From Candidatus Saccharimonadales bacterium (GTDB lineage: Bacteria; Patescibacteriota; Saccharimonadia; Saccharimonadales; OMJO01), in assembly GCA_035480035.1 (NCBI GenBank), contig DATIID010000008.1, positions 74,401 to 138,400 on the forward strand: a DNA stretch of 64,000 nt, in the 5' to 3' direction. The translations under genes were made by a program, and so were the position numbers. This document shows, in pieces, positions 56,568 to 64,000 of the stretch. Position 1 is the first letter of the stretch; every line of letters begins with the position of its first letter. The notes below the pieces were generated by a model that was not told the origin of the DNA, searched no databases, and saw nothing but the letters and a program-made list of their open reading frames with translations.

Positions 56568-58292
56568 CTAGACGCCTAGCCACTTCGGGGCTTTGTTACG
56601 CATCAACTGATAAGCCGCATAGATTGAAAATATAATAATCGAAGCCATCAAAATTAGACTACCCAGACTTGGCAAGTCATGTAGCCAAGCGCTTTCTCTA
56701 AAGTTATAACTAAATAGAATGAAGTAAACAAACTGGGCAATAGTGGCGGCCATGACCAACCAAAACCAAAGCTTGTTTTTTAACTTCACCAAAAATGACA
56801 CGCTAACGGCAGTTAGTAAGACAATTGAAGCTTGGGCAAAGTGCATTGAGGCAATTGCTCGGGAGCCGCGCCAGCCAACTATTAAATCGGCCATTAAGAT
56901 CGGCACAAAAATTAGAATCCACAGGTCAATTTGTTTGAACTTTTGGATAATGCCCATGATAGTCGGTATGACTAAACCGACGCCAAGTGATCCAGGAATA
57001 GAGAGAATGCCAAACGACCAAATCCGTCGCAAGATTGTCTGACCACCACTTGAGTAAATTAGGTTATAGGGGCTCATTAAGAAGAACAAAGTATCAAGAC
57101 GGATTGAGATGATATCGAATGGCGAATACCGAAGGGTGTGCAAAAACTCACGGACTTCTTGGTGACCATGACCGGGTTGTGGCAAACCATGTAGCGATAA
57201 CGGGTACAGAATAAAAGTACTTGGTTTTTTATAGATAACACTGGAAATTACTAACCAAGGAAACGCAAATAAACTCATAACACCACCGACAATAAAAATG
57301 TCCCTAAATCGTCGATGATATAGCAGCAGTAACAAAGATGCGGCAATGTACAGCACCGCTAGGTCGTGTGTTAGGTAAGCTAGGCCGGCCGCTACACCGG
57401 CTAATATGGTTTCACGAAGATGGTTTTGTAAAATCAACAGCCACATCGTTAGAACAAAAAAGGCCACCAGAGACTTTGGCCAACTAAAGACGGCATTGTA
57501 TAGGAAGAATTGGCTGCTGATTAGTAATAGCAGAGACAAAATCGCGGTTTTTTTATCGAATAATAATTGAATCAAGAAAAAAGCCGGAATAATAAACAGG
57601 CCATTTAAAATGGCCGCAATGATTTGGAATTGAGCATAGGTGTGTTCATGATCGTTGGTTTTCGTACTCCAAAGATAATCAATTGGCGGACGCTCCTTAA
57701 GCACTAAATAATACCCAGCTGTGACGCTACCCATCAGCGGCGTTCGCTGGAAAAAACTAACACCCCATTCACATACAAAACAATCTTTAGCCGGATCCGA
57801 GCGATTAATTATGAATTGCGCTTGACGATACGGAATGTAATTATCATTTGCGCTGGTTTTGGCAATGTTGAGTACTTTAATATTGGCTGCGTGATAATTT
57901 CGATTCGGCAAAGGGTTAGGGTCTGGTATGTAGCTATATGGTGCGCCAAACTTTAGCCCGATAAATAAGCAGTACATTAGACTTGTCAGCACAAAACAAA
58001 TAATTGGAAAGCGCTGTAGCCACACTAACTTGTATAGACGATTCGTTATAAATAGATAGGACGTACCCAGAATTACCAACCAACCTAAAAGCACTAAAGG
58101 TCTAAAACCAACATTAAATGAATAGTGAACTAATCCGAGTAGAGCAAAGAAAACTAGACTGACAATGTAAGCAAAAATTAATTGCAAACCAGCTTGATTT
58201 TTACGAAAAAGTTTAAGTCGATTAACAATTACATATCCGGTAACCAGTAGCGTCAAATGTACGAAACAAAAAAATAATAAACCAAGTACCAT
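56568..58292 (-). CDS. GT-C (PMT/ArnT-like) membrane glycosyltransferase
   Basis: About 13 TMs with DN.IPY, RTPL, F.WPK and GLAYLTH motifs. Confidence 0.7.
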   Translation of the reverse strand: MVLGLLFFCFVHLTLLVTGYVIVNRLKLFRKNQAGLQLIFAYIVSLVFFALLGLVHYSFNVGFRPLVLLGWLVILGTSYLFITNRLYKLVWLQRFPIICFVLTSLMYCLFIGLKFGAPYSYIPDPNPLPNRNYHAANIKVLNIAKTSANDNYIPYRQAQFIINRSDPAKDCFVCEWGVSFFQRTPLMGSVTAGYYLVLKERPPIDYLWSTKTNDHEHTYAQFQIIAAILNGLFIIPAFFLIQLLFDKKTAILSLLLLISSQFFLYNAVFSWPKSLVAFFVLTMWLLILQNHLRETILAGVAAGLAYLTHDLAVLYIAASLLLLLYHRRFRDIFIVGGVMSLFAFPWLVISSVIYKKPSTFILYPLSLHGLPQPGHGHQEVREFLHTLRYSPFDIISIRLDTLFFLMSPYNLIYSSGGQTILRRIWSFGILSIPGSLGVGLVIPTIMGIIQKFKQIDLWILIFVPILMADLIVGWRGSRAIASMHFAQASIVLLTAVSVSFLVKLKNKLWFWLVMAATIAQFVYFILFSYNFRESAWLHDLPSLGSLILMASIIIFSIYAAYQLMRNKAPKWLGV

Positions 58293-58301
58293 GGATTAGA
58301 C

Positions 58302-58970
58302 TTATTCTAGCACTTTACCTTTTTCAGCAACGGCGAAGGTTTGCTTACCCATGATTAATTGTATTAATGGAACCTTCAGGTACAATTTTATGAGCATCGG
58401 CCAGGCCGGGAGACGCGAATTAGCAGTGAATGGTAAAAATCGAACCTTACAGTAAGTTTGTTTGAAACCAGTCAAGTTAAAAGCCTCGACCAAACTCTTT
58501 TCAGTCAGTGGCAAAGTGTGGTCGACGTAGTCCCAGTATTGGTTGCCGACCAAACGGATGTTCGGTTGTAATATTAATAATCGGCCATGTGGTTTTAGCA
58601 CACGATGGATTTCTTTCAGGGTTTGGATTAATTCAGCTTTGCTTTCGAGGTGTTCAAAAAAATTACTAGTGAAAACCACATCAATTTTGCCAGTTAGTTC
58701 CTTCGGCAGTTTGGTGCTGAGCGCTTTGTAAACCTTAACGTCTTTTTTGGCTAATTTTTTAGTTTGGTCATTAATATCAACTGCAATCTTGGTCTTACAT
58801 TTTATATTATTAATGAACTCGCAATAACCGGCGGCCAAATCCAACACAACTTCGTCGCGATCAATAAATTTTTGAAAATAGTCGCTACATAAAACTTTCC
58901 ACATGACATCACGCTTTTTTATGTTTTTATCGAAACGATCGGCATAGATGGATAAAACAAAATCTTTCAT
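58302..58970 (-). CDS. Class I SAM-dependent methyltransferase
   Basis: VLDLAAGYCEFIN, FTSNFFEHL, RVLKP.G and YWD..DH motifs. Confidence 0.88.
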   Translation of the reverse strand: MKDFVLSIYADRFDKNIKKRDVMWKVLCSDYFQKFIDRDEVVLDLAAGYCEFINNIKCKTKIAVDINDQTKKLAKKDVKVYKALSTKLPKELTGKIDVVFTSNFFEHLESKAELIQTLKEIHRVLKPHGRLLILQPNIRLVGNQYWDYVDHTLPLTEKSLVEAFNLTGFKQTYCKVRFLPFTANSRLPAWPMLIKLYLKVPLIQLIMGKQTFAVAEKGKVLE

Positions 58971-59090
58971 AAACTTCCTACATTATAGAGTCCTGTGTTA
59001 TCAAAACACACCAACAAATACTTTTACAATTAATCAAGACAACTTTCTTTGCTATAATTTACCAATAAACTAAGAGGGAAATAACCTTTT

Positions 59091-60278
59091 GTGAAACCAG
59101 ATATTTGTATTGTCGGTGGTTGTGGTCATGTTGGCTTGCCGCTGGGTTTGGCTTTTGCCGATCAGGGTAAAACCGTCGCGCTATATGACTTAAATCAGGA
59201 AAGTATAAAGAAAGTTAATAAAGGCATCGTGCCATTTATGGAAAACGGCGCCACACCGATTCTAAAGAAAGTTTTGAAAGCTAAGACATTATTAGCTACC
59301 AGTGACCCAAAGATTATTACAAAAGCCGAAACAGTAATTATGGTAATCGGTACGCCAGTTGACGAACATTTGAATCCCAAAGTAAACGAAATTCTACGAG
59401 CCATCAAAGAAATTGAAAATTATTTAAGTGACAAGCAACTGCTGGTACTGCGCAGCACACTTTACCCGGGCATTACTGACAAGGTTTATGATTATCTAAA
59501 CAACCAAGGCAAAAAAACGCTGGTAGCTTTTTGCCCAGAACGCATTGCTGAAGGACACGCCCTCGAAGAATTATATTCGTTGCCCCAAATTGTGGCCGGC
59601 TGTACACCCGAAGCCACTAAACAAGCCAGTAAACTATTCAAAGTTTTAGCTGACAAAATTATCGTGACTGAGCCAATTGAAGCTGAGCTTGGCAAGTTGT
59701 TTACTAACACCTGGCGCTATATTAACTTTGCTATTTCCAATCAGTTTTACATGATTGCCAACACCCGTGGACTAGATTTTTATAATATCTATGCCGCAAT
59801 GACCGAAGATTATCCGCGTCTTAAAGCGTTTGCTAAGGCAGGACTGGCAGCTGGACCGTGTTTGTTCAAAGACACCATGCAATTATCATCATTCAGCGGC
59901 AATGATTTTTTCCTTGGCCACTCCGCCATGCTGGTTAACGAAGGTCTGCCAGACTACATTGTCGAATCGATGAAGCAAAAACACGAGCTCAAACGTCAGA
60001 CAGTTGGACTGCTTGGCATGGCCTTTAAAGGTAACAGCGACGACCCGCGTGAAAGTTTGTCTTATCGTCTTAAAAAGAAACTAGAAATCGAAGCTAAGAA
60101 TGTTCTCTGCCATGACCCGTATATTAAAGACTCGCGTTTTGTTAGCTTAGATAAGATTCATAAAGAAGCTGATATCATTGTGTTAGCCACTCCACATAGT
60201 GCCTATGCTGACGAGAAATGGGGCAGTAAAAAAATAATTGATATGTGGAATTTTTATGGGGAAGGCGGATTAATCTAA
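59091..60278 (+). CDS. UDP-sugar 6-dehydrogenase (UDP-glucose/GDP-mannose dehydrogenase family)
   Basis: GGCGHVG, IGTP, LRST, CPER, AGPCLFKD and AFKGNSDD.RES motifs. Confidence 0.9.
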   Translation: MKPDICIVGGCGHVGLPLGLAFADQGKTVALYDLNQESIKKVNKGIVPFMENGATPILKKVLKAKTLLATSDPKIITKAETVIMVIGTPVDEHLNPKVNEILRAIKEIENYLSDKQLLVLRSTLYPGITDKVYDYLNNQGKKTLVAFCPERIAEGHALEELYSLPQIVAGCTPEATKQASKLFKVLADKIIVTEPIEAELGKLFTNTWRYINFAISNQFYMIANTRGLDFYNIYAAMTEDYPRLKAFAKAGLAAGPCLFKDTMQLSSFSGNDFFLGHSAMLVNEGLPDYIVESMKQKHELKRQTVGLLGMAFKGNSDDPRESLSYRLKKKLEIEAKNVLCHDPYIKDSRFVSLDKIHKEADIIVLATPHSAYADEKWGSKKIIDMWNFYGEGGLI

Positions 60279-61298
60279 ATGAAAATATTATTTACTGGTG
60301 CGGCTGGTTTTATTGCTGGCTATGCCATCGAAGAATTATTAAACAATGGTCACGAAGTTGTTGGTATCGACAACTTTTCCAAATACGGTAAACTCGAAAA
60401 AAGTTACTCCAAAAATCCTAAATATACATTTATCGAAGGGGATGCCCGAGACGTCGAGCTAATGAAAAAAGCCTTAGCCGACTGCGATGTGTTAGTTGCG
60501 GCTGCAGCATTGATTGGTGGAATTTCCTACTTTCATGAGCTAGCCTATGACTTGATTTCTCAAAATGAGCGAATCACCGCAGCTGCTTTTGACGCGGCCA
60601 TTTGGGCACATCAAAACAAGAAACTTAAAAAAATCTTGGTAATGTCCTCGTCAATGGTATATGAATCAACCAAACAATATCCGACTCCTGAAGGTGCTCA
60701 GCTAACTTCACCACCACCATTATCGACTTATGGTTTTCAAAAACTATCAACCGAGTATTTTACTAAAGGCGCGTGGGAACAATACCAATTGCCATATACC
60801 ATTGTGCGGCCGTTTAATTGTGTCGGCATCGGTGAAAAGCGGGCACTGACTGACAAAGATGTCTACTCAGGCAACATTAAATTGGCCATGAGTCACGTTG
60901 TGCCAGATATCGTTCAAAAAATTGTCAAAGGTCAAAACCCACTGCATATTTTAGGCGACGGGCACCAGGTTCGACACTATACTTACGGTGCTGACTTAGC
61001 TCGTGGTATTCGATTGTGCATTGAGAGTCCCAAGGCTTTGAATAATGATTTCAATATTTCAACTAAGCAATCGACTACCGTTTTGGAACTGGCCGAGTTG
61101 ATTTGGAAAAAAATTAATGGTCCCAAACCATTTAAGTATGTTTCCGATAAACCGTTTGCCCATGACGTCCAGAAGCGTGTGCCAGATGTGTCCAAAGCTA
61201 AAAAGATTTTAGGCTTTGAGGCCAAGACTCCACTAGACACCATGCTTGATGAAGTAATCCCTTGGATCGCCGAGCAAGTTAATCATGGCAACATCTGA
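60279..61298 (+). CDS. NAD-dependent nucleotide-sugar epimerase/decarboxylase (extended SDR)
   Basis: TGAAGFIA, SSSMVY, YGFQK (YxxxK) and RPFN..G motifs. Confidence 0.88.
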   Translation: MKILFTGAAGFIAGYAIEELLNNGHEVVGIDNFSKYGKLEKSYSKNPKYTFIEGDARDVELMKKALADCDVLVAAAALIGGISYFHELAYDLISQNERITAAAFDAAIWAHQNKKLKKILVMSSSMVYESTKQYPTPEGAQLTSPPPLSTYGFQKLSTEYFTKGAWEQYQLPYTIVRPFNCVGIGEKRALTDKDVYSGNIKLAMSHVVPDIVQKIVKGQNPLHILGDGHQVRHYTYGADLARGIRLCIESPKALNNDFNISTKQSTTVLELAELIWKKINGPKPFKYVSDKPFAHDVQKRVPDVSKAKKILGFEAKTPLDTMLDEVIPWIAEQVNHGNI

Positions 61299-61992
61299 CA
61301 AACCATTACTGCACATAATTACACCGGTCTATAACGAAGGCTCTAATTTTCCAGCCCAGTACAAAGAAGTCAAAAAATACATTAAAACCCCGCACGAACT
61401 GATAGTAGTCTATGACTTTAAAGAAGATGATACGGTGCCGGTGGTCAAAGCTTTGCAAAAGCGGGACAAACGCTTAAAACTGCGCAAAAATACTCGTGGC
61501 CGAGGTGCGCTGAATGCACTTCTAAGCGGCTTCGACACAGTCAGGAGTGGCCCAGTCTTAGTTATCATGGCGGATTTGTCAGATGACCTAAGAATCGTTG
61601 ATCAAATGTATCAGAAATATCTAGACGGTTACGTGGTCGTCTGCGGCAGTCGTTATATGAAAGGTGGCCAACAAATTGGCGGACCATTTTTGAAAGGTCT
61701 GATGTCGCGCGCTGCCGGCGTGTCGTTGTTTTGGCTACGGCGTTTACCAACCCATGACATTACTAATAATTTTAAAATGTATGACAAAGAATTCTTAGAC
61801 AAAATCACGATTGAGAGCCAGGGTGGTTTTGAGGTAGCTATGGAAATTACAGCCAAGGCCTTCCGGGCCAAACAAAAGATTGCTGAAATACCAAGCACGT
61901 GGCGCGACCGAACTGCTGGCGAAGCCCAATTTAAACTTATGAAATGGTTGCCGTCTTATCTGCGCTGGTATTTTTATGCTCTGCTTTGGTAA
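61285..61992 (+). CDS. GT2 DPM1-like polyprenol-phosphate glycosyltransferase
   Basis: PVYNE, MADLSD, GSRY..GG and D.TNNFK motifs. Confidence 0.88.
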   Translation: MATSDKPLLHIITPVYNEGSNFPAQYKEVKKYIKTPHELIVVYDFKEDDTVPVVKALQKRDKRLKLRKNTRGRGALNALLSGFDTVRSGPVLVIMADLSDDLRIVDQMYQKYLDGYVVVCGSRYMKGGQQIGGPFLKGLMSRAAGVSLFWLRRLPTHDITNNFKMYDKEFLDKITIESQGGFEVAMEITAKAFRAKQKIAEIPSTWRDRTAGEAQFKLMKWLPSYLRWYFYALLW

Positions 61993-62386
61993 AAATAAAG
62001 TTCTTGTAAATAAAAAAGTTCCAGCACATTTGAAAAGCCACAGCTAAAATTTTAGCTTTAGCATAATTAATGTGATGGCTGACGTTTGATACAAAAATTA
62101 CCGTAAATATGAAATTAAATCCAAGTAACAAACCATAAGTCATGGCATGCTTTTGCAAACTTGATTTTTCGGACACACTAAAGGTCCACCACCGGTTGAG
62201 TGAGAAATTAAAAATTACCGATAGCCAGTAGGCGATAGAGGTAGCTAGAGGCAAACTAATATGAAATTTGCCGTGCAATAATATCAACGTCCCAAGGTCT
62301 AGAAAAAAAGTCGTGCCACCAACGAATAGATAGCGAATAAATGAATGTTTATAAAAATAAAGTGTTAACCGTTTCGCCTCTTGCAT
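61937..62386 (-). CDS. GtrA family lipid-linked sugar flippase
   Basis: RYLFVGG, FNFSLNRWWTF and NF...K.FIF motifs; 4 TMs. Confidence 0.9.
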   Translation of the reverse strand: MQEAKRLTLYFYKHSFIRYLFVGGTTFFLDLGTLILLHGKFHISLPLATSIAYWLSVIFNFSLNRWWTFSVSEKSSLQKHAMTYGLLLGFNFIFTVIFVSNVSHHINYAKAKILAVAFQMCWNFFIYKNFIFTKAEHKNTSADKTATIS

Positions 62387-63249
62387 TATGGTCGCAGTCC
62401 TAATAGGTAACGGCCGTATCCAGATTTTTTCAGCGGTTCGGCTAATTTTTCAAGTTGCGCCAGACTAATGAAACCTTGGCGAAAAGCCGCTTCCTCAATG
62501 CAGCCAATCTTTAGAGCTTGACGCTCTTCAATGACTTGAACAAATTGGGCGGCTTGGGTCATTGAATCAAACGTGCCGGTATCTAGCCAAGCGGTACCGC
62601 GATCAAGCAGATAAACTTTCAATTGGCCGCTATTAAGATAGGCATTGTGAATTTCCGTAATTTCGATTTCACCACGTTCGCTTGGCTTAGCTTGTTTGGC
62701 GTATTTAATTACCTGGTTATCAAAAAAATAAAGTCCTGGAATAGCGTAATTCGACTTGGGTTTAAGTGGTTTTTCCTCGATTGATAAAACCTTCATATCT
62801 TTGTCGAAATCAACTACGCCGTAACGTTCTGGGTCGGCAACTTGCTGTCCAAAAATGATGCCGCCATCTAGTTCTTTGGCGGCTTTTTTAACTTTGGCTT
62901 CAAAATCACTACCATAAAAAATATTGTCGCCCAAAATCATGGCCACTTGATCTTTACCTATAAAATCAGCGCCGACAACAAACGCATCAGCTAAACCGCG
63001 CGGCTTGTGCTGAACTTTATACCTAAACTGGCAACCAATTTGTGAACCATCGCCCAGTAGTTGTTCGAACCGGGGCAAATCGTGTGGTGTGGAGATAATC
63101 AGGATTTCTCTTATGCCCGCGCCAATCAAAGTGCTCAACGGATAATAAATCATCGGTTTGTCATAAATTGGCATCAGCTGTTTGCTGACAGCCAGCGTTA
63201 GAGGGTATAGTCTGGTACCCGATCCACCGGCCAAAATTATGCCTTTCAC
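62386..63249 (-). CDS. rmlA: Glucose-1-phosphate thymidylyltransferase
   Basis: MKGIILAGGSGTRLYPLT, LGDNIFYG, RGEIEIT and WLDTGT motifs. Confidence 0.97.
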   Translation of the reverse strand: MKGIILAGGSGTRLYPLTLAVSKQLMPIYDKPMIYYPLSTLIGAGIREILIISTPHDLPRFEQLLGDGSQIGCQFRYKVQHKPRGLADAFVVGADFIGKDQVAMILGDNIFYGSDFEAKVKKAAKELDGGIIFGQQVADPERYGVVDFDKDMKVLSIEEKPLKPKSNYAIPGLYFFDNQVIKYAKQAKPSERGEIEITEIHNAYLNSGQLKVYLLDRGTAWLDTGTFDSMTQAAQFVQVIEERQALKIGCIEEAAFRQGFISLAQLEKLAEPLKKSGYGRYLLGLRP

Positions 63250-64000
63250 TTGCTCAACTCCTGTTTAACATAAGCCTTCAGGTCTTCACGCCAATCACGC
63301 ACCGCAAAACCAGATGCTTTAATCTTGCCCAGATCCAACGAACTTTGCAAGGGGCGGGGAGCAATACCATCTTTACCTTTGTAGTATTGTTCAGTCGTCA
63401 CGTCGGTTACTGTATTGTCTAGGCCAGCATCTTCAAAAATCGCTCTGGTAATGTCCGCCCAACTTACTGGCTTGCCATCATTGGATAAGTTGTAAGTACC
63501 AAACTCAGCTGGTTTATTTAGCAAATAGTCAATGGCTCGAACTAGCTCACTGGTAAAAGTTAAACGACCGATTTGATCGCCTACTACAGAAGGGTTCACT
63601 CCCTTTTGACCAAGCTCGAGCATCGTCCTGACAAAATTTTTGCCCTCACCGATTACCCACGACGTTCTTAATATATAGTGCTTTGGGTTTAAGCTAACAA
63701 CGACATCACCTGCGGCCTTAGAAGTCCCATAGACACTTAAAGGAGCAAAGGCTTCCGTTTCAGTGTGGGGTGACTTGGTGCCGTCAAAGACATAGTCGGT
63801 TGAAATGTGCACAAACGTCATGCCGTTGTTTATGGCGATGCGGTTTAGGTTAGCCACAGCAACCGCATTAACCTGCCAAGCAACCCGCCGACCATCATTA
63901 GTCTCAGCGCCGTCGACGTTAGTATAGGCGGCCGCGTTCAAAATCGTTTTGAGCCCTGACCAATCATAATTTTCAACAGCCGCTTGACTGGTTATATCCA
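63246..64000 (-). CDS. rmlD: dTDP-4-dehydrorhamnose reductase domain (5' partial)
   Basis: NAAAYT.VD.AE, ISTDYVFDG, YGTSK and DQIG motifs; frame open to the window edge. Confidence 0.9.
   Translation of the reverse strand, partial: DITSQAAVENYDWSGLKTILNAAAYTNVDGAETNDGRRVAWQVNAVAVANLNRIAINNGMTFVHISTDYVFDGTKSPHTETEAFAPLSVYGTSKAAGDVVVSLNPKHYILRTSWVIGEGKNFVRTMLELGQKGVNPSVVGDQIGRLTFTSELVRAIDYLLNKPAEFGTYNLSNDGKPVSWADITRAIFEDAGLDNTVTDVTTEQYYKGKDGIAPRPLQSSLDLGKIKASGFAVRDWREDLKAYVKQELSK

Overview
This is a chromosomal window of a small-genome bacterium, most consistent with Patescibacteria/CPR, class Saccharimonadia (TM7). That assignment is inferred from gene content, and the genetic code is standard code 11. 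The window spans the replication origin (recF-dnaN-oriC-dnaA <> rpmH-rnpA-yidC-jag). Left of the origin is a relaxase-less type IV secretion locus: six tandem VirB2-like pilins, a VirB6-like protein, PrgI/VirB3, split VirB4 components, a large protein ending in a degenerate M23 domain, and an SGNH-esterase/phage-tail-lysozyme fusion. Further left are hsp20, comF, three tRNAs (Arg-GCG, Ser-GCT, Ser-TGA), a glycosylation cassette between the two convergent tRNA-Ser genes, and an orphan AcrB-type RND permease. Right of the origin is a ~23 kb surface-glycan region (GT2/GT4/GT-C, O-antigen-ligase-like, wzm/wzt, a split WbdD-like methyltransferase/kinase pair, an FG-GAP repeat protein, nucleotide-sugar enzymes, gtrA, rmlA, rmlD). 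No CRISPR array, transposase or integrase was seen. The most notable observations are the putative cell-wall-breaching module of the T4SS, pervasive leaderless-type promoters, a structured ~100-nt RNA ahead of a rare tRNA-Arg(GCG), and an unannotated 34-aa membrane peptide. Family assignments come from motif recognition by eye, not from database searches.
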